From assembly GCA_028534125.1 (NCBI GenBank), contig CM052832.1:12898001-12962000 (forward strand): DNA of 64,000 bases. The letters run 5' to 3'. Both the position numbers and the translations under genes were made by a program. Shown here one piece after another: positions 26,065 to 39,000 of the stretch. The number at the start of each line of letters is the position of its first letter. Position 1 is the first letter of the stretch. Source of the stretch: Lama glama. Lineage: Eukaryota. Below the pieces are notes generated by a model, which was given only the letters and a program-made list of their open reading frames with translations, ran no database searches and was not told where the DNA came from.

Positions 26065-26525
26065 AGCTGTGGTGGCCATGCTGCGTGTCCTCCCTTGGCC
26101 TCCAGAGACACTCCTTACCCTTCCCCAGCTGGCTCTGTGCCGGAAAGCCTGACCTATGTGCACTGCCTCACACCAAACTCCCTGCCTTCTGACTTTCGGG
26201 TGGGTTCAGTCAGTGGGAGGCCCTGGGAGGAGATCAGAGGGTGGGAAGAAAGAAAAGCAGGGGTATTTCTTTCTCTGGGTTCCTCCATGAGGGATTGGCA
26301 CAGGCAGACAGACTGCTTCTCCCAAAGAAGCTCAGGCAGTCTTCTCTGCCAGCCCCCCAGAGACAGGGTGTGCTCCCACTGCGGCTCGCCCCAGGGCACA
26401 GCACTGCCCCGGGGAGTCTTCCCAGCACCTGCCCCACACCTTTGTCACTAGGTCTTTTCCACACTCTCCCGCATTACCCAATCTGAGTGTGCCATCTGTT
26501 TCCTGCCAGGATCCTGGCCAACTCA
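26065..26525. mobile_element. ERVL LTR (LTR33-like)
   Basis: gggttcagtcagtgggaggccctgggaggagatcagagggtggga; ends gtgccatctgtttcctgccagga. Confidence 0.55.
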
Positions 26526-28419
26526 GAGGGCTTGAGGGTGAGGGAGGGAAAGAACACCTAAGGTTAAAGGGCAAGGAGAGGAGAGGAAACAGGTTCAAGT
26601 GGCAGAGGAGTCAAAGGAAGTCCAGGGGTTATGAAACCAGGGGAGGGGCCAACAGTTTTATGAAGATTGCAAGGAGGTCGAATAAGGACAAGATCTCAAA
26701 GGTATATTGGGACGGGCCACCTGGAGGAGGAGCTGGGAAGAGGAAAAAAGAGAATTGGGTGTGTGGTTATGGGAGGAGGGATATGAGTTGGAGATAGAAA
26801 AGATAAGAGATGATGAGAGGTGAAAGAAGGGCGTAGGGCAGAGGACAGAACCAGAGCAAAGGTAGGGGAAGGAGGCAGCCAGGCCCTGGAGTGAAGAAAT
26901 CTGACTCTTGGGTCCAGGTGGGGAAGCAGGTAGTAATTCTAAGAATGACTGTGTCTGTATAGCAGCACAACACATACCTACACGTTTACAACACCCATTC
27001 CTACACACACATACACATCTATGTACACCACCATGCTTCACCACACACATCAAAGATACACGTATTTGCACACGTGCACATGGCATCACCATATCTTCAT
27101 CCCTGTACCACACCACATACACAGCAGTCACGACAGTAACTACCAGACCCATAGACCTCACTGGAGCCCACGCGACACTGGATCTTCACTTTGCTGTGAC
27201 ACTATTCACTAGCATCAAGTTGAACCCTGAGAAAAGCCTGGTTCTGTCTACCCACGTGTGAAAAAGGAGTGCTCAGTGTTTACAGCCTGGTGCCTGGTGC
27301 ACAGTAGGTCCTCTGCAGATAAATCTGTAATGGCTCCACTGTCACTGGCCCTCACCCTGGGGTACTGGGCAAGGGCTACACCTTGCTGTATGTGCTGACC
27401 TCCTAAGCAGTTTAACCTAGGGAGCCCCTAAAGACTGACTTCCACTGGCCACAACCCAAATGCCTGTCCATACAATGGAATATTCTAGACTGAAAATGAA
27501 CCACATGCTAAAACATGCATGAGTCTTTATACCATAATGTTGAGTAAAAAGAGCAAGTTCCAGATCACTACATACATGCCTGATAATCTTCATAATTTAT
27601 GAAGCTCAAGAACAACCGAAACTAAACACCACATAATTTAGGAACACATGCCTAGAAAATAAAACCTTTTTTAAAGAAACATAAGCAAATGCTATACACA
27701 AAGTTCAAGACAGCAGGTTACATCTGGGAAAGGCAAGGAATGGACTAAGAAAGGATCATATAGATAGGTGGATGCCATTGTTAATATCCGTTCCTTGAAC
27801 TGGGTGGTGGGTTTACCACCCAATATAATATAATGATAACAGCAGGTCTTGCTTGGACCAAGGATGAGAACCAAGGACTATGATTACTCCAATTCTGTAC
27901 ATCGGATATCCTGTTACGATAAATAAAAATAAAGACTGTCCTCTCAGCTTGACCCTAGTTCTGCTTATTTTTGCACTTCCTCCCACAGCGATGCTGAGGG
28001 GTCACTGCAACCTTGCTCTTGGCAATCGAGGTTACTAGCGCAAGGCTGGGCAGGAAATGAACTGGGGGATGAGGCCATATCTGCTTTAACACTGTTCTCG
28101 ATGGGTCCTTTGTGGTAAGGGTTTCCAAGAACCAGCAGAGCAGTTGAGGGAGCTGAGTAACACTTACAAGAAATGAGTCCCTGCCCCACCCCTAACTGTC
28201 CCACCCCATCCTCTCTCTCCTCCCTTTACTGCCTCCAACGCTGCCTAAGTGAAGGGTAGCTCACCAGAGCCAATAGCGAATATTTCCGCGGAACAGAACT
28301 GCTTACCCGACTCTCTGGAGTCAGGGGAAGAACTGCCCTGACCTCCATGCAGATCCTGGGCCCTGAAGGAACCTGGAGATGACTGACTAGTCCACCCAAA
28401 CATTAAGAAGCAGCACAGC

Positions 28420-28642
28420 AGAGTGGTAATGAGTGTGGACTGCCTGGGCCCAGATTTTAATCTGGCCACTTGGTAGGTATGTGGCCCTTGACATGGTACT
28501 TTCCGCTCTACACCTCGGTTCTCCCCATTTGCAAAATGGGGATAAATAATAACATCTCTCTGGTGGAGAGATGTTACAAGATTAAGTTAAGACACACTGC
28601 TGGGCACATACTAGGTACTGAATGAGTATTAGCTATTATTGC
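28420..28642 (+). mobile_element. MIR SINE
   Basis: cctcggttctccccatttgcaaaatggggataa core. Confidence 0.8.
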
Positions 28643-28691
28643 TAAGTGTTAATGAAAGATGCAGTTGAATCAATGAGACCATGGACTAGTG

Positions 28692-29027
28692 CAGGAGTTT
28701 GCAAACCTTCTTCTGGAACGGGCCAGATAGTAAATATTTTTGGCTTTGTCAGCCATTAAGGTCTTTGTCGCAACAACTCAACTCTGCATTGCAGCATGAA
28801 AGCAGTCATAGACAAGTCATCAATGATGCGCTTCATTTAATACTGATAATTGAATTTCATATAATCTTAACCTGTCACAAAATATTATTCTTCATTTGAT
28901 CTTTTTTTTTTTTTTTGGTCTTTTTTCAACCATTTAAAAATGCAAAGCCCGGTCTTAGCTTGCAGGCTGTACAAAACCAGGTGGTACACCTGATGCATTC
29001 AGCAGGCTGTAGTTTGCCAACCCCTGG
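28692..29027. mobile_element. MER58-like hAT transposon
   Basis: TIRs caggagtttgcaaac / gtttgccaacccctg; gggccagatagtaaatattt. Confidence 0.8.
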
Positions 29028-31164
29028 TCTAAGCGGGGGGAAAACATTAGCCTCTCTGGATTTCTTTGCTTGATCTGTATGTTCGCCTTACAGGTGAACA
29101 AACTGAGGCTCATCTTTCAAAGGCCAGTTGAACTGCTGCCTCTTCTTTGAAGCCTTCCCAGATTACTTCAGCCAAGGGCAATAACAACTCCGTCTGCTGC
29201 CTCCTTTGTGACAAACACATATTTGTTCATTATTTTTAAAATTTTTATCATGAAATATTTAAGACAAACCAAAAGCTATAAAGAATAATACCAACACCTT
29301 TGTCTTTACCAACCAGTTTGTGAAATAAAGTTGAAGGCCCCTGTGCTGATACCCCGCCCCAAATCACAACCTCCTTTCCTCTTCCCCAGAGGTAATAACC
29401 ACCGTCCTAACTCTGGGAATTTATTGCCATGTACTTCTTAGTACTTTTACTACATGTAGAAGCATCCCTAAGCAGGAGGTAATATTTGTTTGCATGTATG
29501 TACACCCATTATTTAAGTGGAGTTTCTTGATAATCTAATTAAGGATGATCTCTTTTTAGAGATTAGTCTCAGACGGTGTAGTAAGGCCCAAGACATCCAG
29601 GTAAGTAATGGTGGTAGGATCAAAGTCCAAGGCTGATTCCCAAATCATGCTCCTAACTATTGCTCCCCTCCTGTGGCCACACAGTCATATTCGTTATCTG
29701 ACCCCCTTTCCACACTAGATTTTAAATTGCCCATGAGAAGAGTGTATGACCTTTCACCCTTCCTATGCAACCTTAAAATATTGCACCTAATATCTTGCAC
29801 TGCTCCCCAAGGAGACACTATCTTCTGTCACCCCGGCAGTCTAATAGAGGATAGTGCCAGAAACTCACTTCAAGAGCAAGAAGGGTGGGACTTTGGGAGA
29901 TTTCGTTAGAAGTTTGGAGCAACTTTTAAGTCAAGTGTTAACTTTACTAGAAAGGATGAGGCATGCAACTCTCATACTCCAAAACATAGGAGTTTCTGTG
30001 TGTGTCTGGCTGGGGAAGAGCAAGGGGGATAGAGGAAAGGGGAACTGAGAAAATTAGCCCCCAGAACCAAGAAATCCTTCCTTCCTCTCTGGCAGCCACT
30101 TGGGGGACACATGGGGGCCAAGCGAGGGTTTGGGATCTAGTCCAAGCTTAAGGGTAGACGATGAGGAGTGAGAGGTATTGTGGCCTGGACCCTCGAAACC
30201 ACCTGACAAGACAGCATCTGGGCCAGTGTCCAGAGGGTGTGCGCATGAACCGAGGGGCGGGAGCAAGGTGACCTACGGGGAAGGAAGAATGTTTTAGACT
30301 GCTGCTGCTTCTTCTAAAGCAACAAGAAACCGATATTTACAAATCCTTGATACTCTGCTCCAGTGTGCTTTTGGTTTATCAGGATGTAGTCAGGCCACGT
30401 GCACTAAGTGGATTCATGGGTTCTACCATCCAGTTTAAACTAACTCAAAATGAACAAGGGGATTAAACAGATCCGTGCAAAGAACTCATGACTAAAAATA
30501 CTAATTATCCCAGCACAAGCAGTAAGAAAATGGCGGAGCTAATATTTCACCTACTCTCATAAGCCTCTTGTCAACCACATTGTAGAGGGAAACTCTACTC
30601 ACGTAAAAAGGTACATTTTCCACACACTGTTGTCAATGACTAAACCTCACGCTGAAGGTGAGGGGAACTTGAATCAGGAACTGAGAGTAACGCAAGTGTA
30701 GTTTCCCAGTAACCTTAACACGCATCAAGGGTACGTGCTCAAAATGTTTTACCGGTGGGAGACTATTGGAAAAAGCTTCAGCTGGTGGTCAGCCTTGTCC
30801 AATGGAACTTTCTGCAATGATCGAAATGTTCTACAGTTCCACTGCCACTAGTCACAATGGCTATTTCATAAAATCTACCTAGTGCTGGGAGATAGCCACA
30901 TAGGCCGTATCAGTGCAGCTCTAGAACTTGCCTTGGAAACAGGCTGGGATTTCATTGGGCCCCTCCAGCCAAATCTTGTCTACATAAAATTGGCTCCTCT
31001 ACTTTTTGGACATATATTCACAAAGTTGGCTATCTCAGAAATCCTACTGAAGGAAACCAGATTTAGGCCAAAAGATCTTTTTCCTCCCAGGACGTGTTTG
31101 GCACTTATCAAGTATTCAGTCAACGCACATTGGCATGTCTCTGCATGGACAACACTTGAGCCAC

Positions 31165-31327
31165 AAACTAAGACAAAAGGTTTTTATTCAAAAAACGCCA
31201 AGTATAAAAAAAAAATAAGATCTCTTTTATTCCCCTGTACAGTATTTCACTCAGATAAAACCAGCAGGCTACATGCTGCTCAAAACACAGCCCCAGAGAG
31301 GATCCGGAAGGCACACCATCCAGAACT
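31165..31327 (-). other. PIM1: PIM1 terminal 3' UTR
   Basis: Minus strand ...GTGAAATACTGTACAGGGGAATAAAAGAGATCTTATTTTT...GAATAAAAACCTTTTGTC matches the remembered PIM1 mRNA 3' end. Confidence 0.85.
31183..31231 (-). terminator. Two AATAAA polyadenylation signals of PIM1
   Basis: TTTATT on + at 31183-31188 and 31226-31231; GT-rich tract follows on the - strand. Confidence 0.85.
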
Positions 31328-31827
31328 NNNNNNNNNNNNNNNNNNNNNNNNNNNNNNNNNNNNNNNNNNNNNNNNNNNNNNNNNNNNNNNNNNNNNNNNN
31401 NNNNNNNNNNNNNNNNNNNNNNNNNNNNNNNNNNNNNNNNNNNNNNNNNNNNNNNNNNNNNNNNNNNNNNNNNNNNNNNNNNNNNNNNNNNNNNNNNNNN
31501 NNNNNNNNNNNNNNNNNNNNNNNNNNNNNNNNNNNNNNNNNNNNNNNNNNNNNNNNNNNNNNNNNNNNNNNNNNNNNNNNNNNNNNNNNNNNNNNNNNNN
31601 NNNNNNNNNNNNNNNNNNNNNNNNNNNNNNNNNNNNNNNNNNNNNNNNNNNNNNNNNNNNNNNNNNNNNNNNNNNNNNNNNNNNNNNNNNNNNNNNNNNN
31701 NNNNNNNNNNNNNNNNNNNNNNNNNNNNNNNNNNNNNNNNNNNNNNNNNNNNNNNNNNNNNNNNNNNNNNNNNNNNNNNNNNNNNNNNNNNNNNNNNNNN
31801 NNNNNNNNNNNNNNNNNNNNNNNNNNN
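31328..31827. other. Assembly gap (500 N) hiding the PIM1 gene body
   Basis: Exactly 500 N between PIM1 exon 1 and the 3' UTR end. Confidence 0.97.
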
Positions 31828-31993
31828 TGGCGTTGCGGCTGCGGCTGCGGCTGGCGCGGAAGGCCGAGGGCGAGTCGGAGGACGACTGGGGTCGCTGCCG
31901 GGGTTGGCGGCTGGTGGACACGCCGGCGGGGTCAGGCAGCGCCAAGGGCGGCGGGGTGGGCGTCTCGTGAGGCTCGTGGGGTTCGTACGGCAG
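31828..31993 (-). CDS. PIM1: PIM1 kinase long-isoform N-terminal extension, CUG start, partial
   Basis: CTG at 31993-31991 then LPYEPHEPHETPTPPPLALPDPAGVSTSRQPRQRPQSSSDSPSAFRASRSRSRNA, matching the remembered Pim-1L extension. Confidence 0.88.
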
Positions 31994-32985
31994 CGCCGCG
32001 ACACAGGGAGCTTGTAGCTGCTGCTGCTGCTGCCGGTACCGCCACCGCCGCCGCCGCTGCCGCCAAGTCTTCTCAGGCCTCCTCCGCCGCCGCGGCCGCT
32101 GCAGCAGACGCCCGGCTCGCCCAGCCGCCAGGAGTAAAGGGGCGGAGCGCGCCGGCGGGGGGGCTCGCGGGCGGGCGGGGATGGGGCGGGGCCTCTCCGG
32201 GAGGCCTAGGCGGGGAGCAGATCTGCCGGGTGGGCAGAGGGAGGAGAGGGGGTGGGGAAGCGGCGGGACAGGGCGACTCCCCTCGGCCCCCGCCCCGCGC
32301 GCCCCATCGCCGCGCCCCCGCCCCGCCCCCGCCGGCGCGTCTCCAGCCAACCAGAAGCCGAGTGATCTGCATAACACGGTTCGCCCCACCCCCGCCCCGC
32401 CCCGCTTTCGCGGTCAGAATGGTCTCTACGCCGCCACGACGTGGCGGGAAGGAAAAGGCGCCAAAATGGAGGGGGAGGGGCGCGGGGCGGGAGGGGGAGG
32501 TAGGAGCTGGGTGTCGAGCCGCGAGGGAGGAAGGATGGGGAGGGGCGTATCGATTCAAACCCAAACAATAACAAAGCCATCAAAGGCCGCCCGAGGCCGG
32601 CTCTGCGGCTCTCTGTTTCTCGGGGTTTTTGGGTCAAGGGCTCGAGCTGGAGCATAACAAGTTGCGCAGAGACGACGGGCGTGGTGTATCAGGCGGGGAG
32701 GCCGGGCGGCCGGCGCGACGGGGTGTGAGGGACGAGGGGGGGGGTGTGATGCCGACGAGGGTGGTCTTTCTGTGTGACTCAGACGCGAGACCTCCAAGTC
32801 GGCTTGGGCGGGTTGACCACGCGCTGTGGGCTCGGGTTTGGTCCTCCGAGGTTTGTGTGTTGGGGGCGCGTGGGGGGCGAAGGGTATGCAAGATGTGAGT
32901 CACGGCGGCTTCACGGAGGGAGTGGAGGTGTCATAGGCCTGGAATAAAACGGGGAGAGCTCCCCTCACTCGGGGGGAGGGATCCA
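31828..32985 (-). promoter_or_regulatory. PIM1 CpG-island promoter and 5' UTR (TSS about 32140)
   Basis: Very high GC and CpG; many GGGCGG boxes; CCCTTTACTCC start region; (CAG)5 at 32018-32032; AP-1 sites TGACTCA 32775-32781 and TGAGTCA 32896-32902. Confidence 0.9.
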
Positions 32986-33047
32986 GATCACAGTTAACAC
33001 ATCCCCCAGATTCCCTAGCAGATTTTTATTTTTAAAATGCAGAAAGG

Positions 33048-33077
33048 TTCCAGTGAATCGATCCTGATTCCTAAGAA
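33048..33077. promoter_or_regulatory. Tandem STAT-type palindromes at the PIM1 GAS position
   Basis: TTCCAGTGAA 33048-33057 and TTCCTAAGAA 33068-33077. Confidence 0.6.
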
Positions 33078-34161
33078 GTGATGTGTGTCAGAGTGCCCGA
33101 TAAAGAGGAAATCACGAAACAAATGTTAGTATTGTGATGCCAGATGCTGTTGCAGGCCCTTCTGAGAGGGCGGGAGAGAGAGGAAAATTTCTCATCTATA
33201 CCGAGGGTGGAAGGACTCGCTTGATTTAATCAGGGTTTTCACGTTGTATTCACCTTTTCATCAGCCTGTTATTACCGGTCTGGCAATACTAGCAATTATT
33301 GGCTGCCCCCAAGTCTTGATTCAGAGTATATCTCCCCTCTCCCTGCTGCCCCCTTGTAAATAACACGGAAAACTGACCAATTCGACTTCCATCCTTTGTC
33401 CTTTTAAACTTCACCTAGAGTTGATTAAGACGTGTGAAATGAGTAAATTAAAATTCTATGTAATACATAAATTGAATTGTCAGGGCCCAAGTAACTGAAA
33501 GCTAACTACGTCTAATTTTTTTCAAGTTTCTGCCATTTAAAGGAAAAATAAGGAGGTCTGAGGATCTGTATAGCTGCTGTCATTAATGAATTTAAATGTT
33601 TCATTTAAAGGTTTCCACAGTGCTTGTTTTATAAAGATGCCCAAATATTTCATAACTTTTATGAATTTCTCTTATAAAATATTACATATTTTCCTTTTGT
33701 TTGTGTACTGTGGCCTAACTCATTCATTTTTGATGACTAGGAGAAAACCCAAGGGAACAAAAATGATTCCCTTTTTTACAGATAGGAAAATGAAACAAAT
33801 AGGATGGCACAGGGTCATACAACAGCTAAGGGAGGAAGAGATGAGATGACCCAAATTCAGCTCCTGAGCATTCAAAATATTCCTCTTACTAGGGTCTAAA
33901 ACTGTCCTTGGTACTAAGATATCAGGTATAAGTGTATGTGCCCACTTCCATCCCCTCTGTGTTCCCTTTTCTTTCATAAGCCCTCTAGGACTATTGTCAC
34001 TTGTTCCCACTCACCTGGCACTTTTCAGACTTTCTGCCTTTGTAGAGGCAGTCAACCTGTTCTGAGAATGCCCTCTTGTCTTCACTTTTATTTAAAGTCT
34101 TTCCAGACTTCAGGACACAGTTGAAGTTCCACTCCAGTTTGCTAAACAAACTCCAAGCATT

Positions 34162-34440
34162 CTTTTTTTTTTTAATTTTTCATTGATGTGTAATTGATTT
34201 ACAATGTTAGTTTCAGGTGTACAGCACGTGATTCAGTTATACATACATGTATATTTTTCCTTTTCAGATTCTTTTCCATTATATGTTATTACAAGAAATT
34301 GAATATTGTTTCCTGTGCTATACAGTAGGTCCTTGTTATTTATCTGTATCATATATAGTAATGTGTCTGTTAATCCCCAACTCCTAATTTATCCTTCCCC
34401 ACCCTTTCCTCTTTGGTAACCATAGTTTCTTTTCTATGTC
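34162..34440 (-). mobile_element. Short L1 3' end
   Basis: Same family as 12942-13725; TSD ctccaagcatt at 34151-34161 and 34441-34451. Confidence 0.88.
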
Positions 34441-35964
34441 CTCCAAGCATTGTTTCACTGTCTATTCCACTTATCTGACAATCATGTGTTTGCTTTTTAA
34501 TTTTTTTATATTTTCTTTATTAATCAACTTTTCAGTTATTTATACCTTGTCTCCCTTTTCCTTGGATGAATACTTTATCCAACATTTGTTGATGAAGGAA
34601 AAGAACAAAAGTCCCAACAAAAAGGTCATGATTAAAGTCAATTTTTACCAAATTTAAGTGAATGAAGTGGGCTTTAGGCAAAATAAAGGTTAGCAATAAC
34701 CTCTAAACCGAATTAGCCTGCTTTCAAGTCTGGGATCTGGCATCTACTAGTTACGTGACATTCATCAAGTTACTTAACCTTTCTAAGCTTTAGGCTCTGA
34801 ATGGAAATAGTAATAGCGCCTACTTCATAGGGCTGTAGTAAGGAGCAAGTAAAATTCTGCATGAGCATGAGCGCGTAGATAAGCAGAGTAAACTTCTAAA
34901 TATTAGCCATGATGGCAATGATGCTGATTGTAGTTATGACAATGATGGTGAAAAAGAAGAATTTTGAATGATCTTGCACCTTGAAGGTTTCAAAGATAAA
35001 ATGCTATCTAGTTTGATTTTAGTCATCTTGGGAGAGACTATGATTCAAAATAGTTATATACATTAAATCAATTCAATCTTTTTCACTTTCTCTAGATCTT
35101 TGTAGGGCTAAATATTTAATTAGTTTGAGCTAAAGTGATTAACATTTAATGTATCTGCTTTATATGGTGAGTGCTTCACAGCTGGAAGTTTCAAAACATG
35201 GACCTTGTTTGGCAAAGAGCTTTTATTTACTTAAAACTGCTTTTACAGATATTTATTAAACATTCAGGTATGTTTTGTATGAAAAGTTACTCTTTGACGG
35301 TAGGGGACTTGAGGTTTTGATTCATCAAACTGTCGTTTTAATAATAAAAACAAGCACAATCTGTGCTGTCTCAAAGATTCTAACAAAGAATCAGAAAAAA
35401 TTACACTAATAATTAAATGACAAGTGCTTTTGGAAAGATAAAGGCCATAATTATGCTAACAATTCTCTGGAAAGAGGAGAATTTACTCATGTTAATTTGA
35501 ACAATAGACAAATTAATCCTTAGGTGGTATCCATATTCTACCTGATATGGACTTAATCAAGTCATTGTCAATTTCTGTAGTCAGAATTTAGAAGTTTGAA
35601 GGAAATGCCTGTATACTGTTTTTTAAAGTAACTTTGAGTCTAGTTGATGAACTTGTATAACTAGGTCTGTATTGCTTTTTCTCTATAAGCTATTTGCAAT
35701 TAATCTGATAGAAATAATCTAGGTCTGCATCTCTTATTTCTCTCCTAAAAAAAGAATTACTGCAGTTTTAAATTTAAAGTTTAATTTTTAAAAATTTACC
35801 ATTTAAAAAAATGTTTACTCTCTACTTGTTTGGTGAAATAAAAAGAGAGGGGAGATTTTGGAGAAAGTCAACTGGAATACACTTCTTTCTGTATCTTTAA
35901 ATATCTCCAATTACCTCAGCAGTTGTAAGATTATTTAGAAAAATTTTAACTTCGCATGTATTAA

Positions 35965-36075
35965 GAGAGTATGACTCAGTGGTAGAGTGTGTGCTTAGCA
36001 CTCTGGGCTCAATCCCCAGTACCTCCATTACAAAATAATAAGTAAATATATAAAAACAACAAAAACAAAACAAAT
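35965..36075 (+). mobile_element. Partial camelid SINE
   Basis: tatgactcagtggtagagtgtgtgcttagca...caatccccagtacctccatt plus A-tail. Confidence 0.8.
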
Positions 36076-39000
36076 AATTAATTTAAACATCACATGTATT
36101 TCATGTAAGACATGAAACAGTCTAAATTTTAAAAGTTGTAATAATTGTGGTAGTGGTGGACAGCTAGAAAATCCAGTGTATCCCAGGTCCAAAATATATC
36201 AGGAAATCTATGTAGTCCAGTTAGAACTGGTTCTTGTTCTTGATAAGATGTGACATTTGTTTCAAGTTTATAAATCTCCTGTAGTCAGCCTCCAATTTCC
36301 TTAGCAAGGTTGGAAAAAGAAAAGGTTTTTATTATCCAATAAGATACATTTAAATTCATTACCAATTCATTTGTTTTTTTTAAAGAAATAAAAATAACGT
36401 TGATTTATTTTTGGATTTTTACACATTTAGTACTGACAATTTGAGTAAAAATAATCAATATTTATTGAAGGCACTATACACAAAGATTTTATAGTTCCTG
36501 AGTATTACTGGATAGGAAAAAACAAAAAGGAGTAGCTTAGAATGTATAAAGACTACAGGAAGCCTGGAGAGTGTTATAAAATACCTTATTAGAAGATGAG
36601 GTACCTCAGATCAAAAAGACCAGGCATATGCACAAAAACCTTGCATGTTTGACTGATAAAAGGGGCTGTGGGGGTGGGGGAGACAGAGCTGGAGAGAATT
36701 CATATATTTAAGAACTGATGAGGGGACTATCTGCCATTTTCTAAAAAGTAAAATAAAACTGCTGATGCAAGACTTGGAAAAGCCACGAGTGCATCTAAGT
36801 AAAAGGAAAAAAAATTAGGTCAAGATTTCATGGAACCTCTTGCTAGGCACTAAAAAGATGCTAATGAAAACCTTTGTTTATTGCGTATCTCATTTGTCAT
36901 TTAATAGTATACAGCCTAACTTTTCTATATTTGTTTAGTCTCTATGACTAGATTATAAAAGTACTGAGGGCAGAAACCATCCTTTTTTGAACATACAGGC
37001 TCAGTGCTGACAGTGAGTCAGGCGAAAGGGGCAAGAGAGACACTGTGGTGGCAGCCAAAATTGACTGAGCAGCAAAGATGTGCTGGGCGTTTTGCTAAGC
37101 ACGTGATATGGATTCTCATATAAATCCTGTGACATGGGCAGTTTTACTATCTTCGCTGGTTTACAGATAAATAAACAGAAACAGAGAAATAATTTGCTTA
37201 AGGCAACATAGCTAAGTGGCAAAGCCATCTCCCACCCCACCCCCCACCATGCCAGTCTGCTTTCCCAAGGAACACAGGATGAGTTTAAGAGATTTAACAA
37301 GATAAGCTATGATTAAATTCTAACTGAGAGTATCATCCACAAAGGCAGGGCTGAAAAAGTCAGGGAAGACTCCATGAAGGATGTAGAACTTAATGTGGAT
37401 CTTAAAGGATGAGTAAGAATAGGTAGAAAGGAGAGAGGGAACAGGGGGAGCAACCTCAGGAATTAAAGTAAAATATGCTTTATGTGATGTTCTTTGTGTT
37501 CCCCAATACATGGAAAATGAATGAATAAAAGCTTCTTTAAATAAATTGAAAGCAGAAAGCCTGAGGGAAAAATCAGTAGGACCTCCTGATGTCAGGAGGC
37601 AAAGGTGAAAGAGATGAAAAAAACCATAGACTTTATTTCAGTCTTTATTGAAGAAGAAACTAGGAAGATTCTCTATTCAAATCATCTCTTGAAGTTTATG
37701 GTTTGGAAATAGTAGCTTACACTGTGGTTAACACATAGGGTGTTCAAGATTCAAATGACAAAGAAGACATGCATTAATATGATTGGATGAAATCCACTCA
37801 ATAATTTGGAGAAACTTACATTTTCAGCATATACTTCCTCTTTTCCAACTCTGTTTTAGTTCTCCTTTTAGGTTGGGTGCTGCTAAAACAAACATGGACA
37901 GCTCACCACAGCCAGAACTAGAACAACTGTACTACAAATACGGAACCATTTTTTATGGCCTTCAATGTATAACCTTGTCAAAGTTTCTTTGAATGTCTAA
38001 AGATGATCTTGCTCACTCTCAAGAACTAGTGAGCTGTGCTGTCCTCTTTATGGAAATAGTATTACTTTTCCCTGGGTAGGTTAAGCTTATTTCTGTGTTC
38101 AGTGACGCTACATTATTAGAGACACCCACTCACTAGATGAGAAGCAAACATATCAGCAGTCATCAGAATTATCTCTGAAGTCACTCTTAAGAATGGGAGT
38201 TATTTTGGCAAAGAACCAAACCTCTTGTGCAGGGCTGTGAAGGCAAACTACACACATATTCCTGAGTTCAGTCTATCTTTACACACCAACACAAAGCCAT
38301 TTGGTCTTCTCGCAGCTTTCTCTGATCACTCCAGCCACTAGTTTTTAAACTCACAGCAGTTGTTTGTACTAGCAATCTGACAGAATCATATTCTTCTGTT
38401 ACTTAAGTGTTGACGTCATCATAGCATCATCTTTAAGAGCAGCAAGCATTGTGTCCGTCATGAAAGGATCCTTGTATCCCCAATGAAACTATAAGCTCTT
38501 TAAGTGTAGAGACTAAACTGTAAATTTTTTAAGACCACATACCTCTCTTTGGGAGGTACTAAACCGACACTTAAAAAAACCCCACAAAACTGAATTGAAT
38601 TAAACCCAGAAGAAAACATATCTAAGATCTGTGAATTTCCCCTGCCCTAATCTTTGCCCTTGTCACTTTTATTATATATTATAATGAAAGGACAGGTGGC
38701 TGTTTGCTCTTTCAAAAATAAAAACTTCAGAGCAAATTTTTGCCTTTCTCAGAAAAGCACACTTATAAATTAAGATTGCCAAGCTCCCAAGCCAAAGGCT
38801 TAGAGAATTAGGTACAGTCTAACTTATAGGGCTAATATCTAATATTAATTGAGCATTTACTGTGTGCTAAGCACTAGTCTAATTAATCACTTTATGTGCC
38901 AAATATACTGCACATACATATTAATATACATATGATAAATATTCATATTGACACATATATTTATACTTTTTTCTTTAATCCTCTTAATTACTATTATAAC

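Noticed and set aside
26658..27261. His/Thr- or Val/Cys-rich ORFs
   Set aside because: Produced by (CA)-rich low-complexity sequence
30882..32571. Long ORFs of 278-432 aa spanning the gap
   Set aside because: Artefacts of N runs and GC-rich DNA; only 31828-31993 on the - strand is recognisably coding
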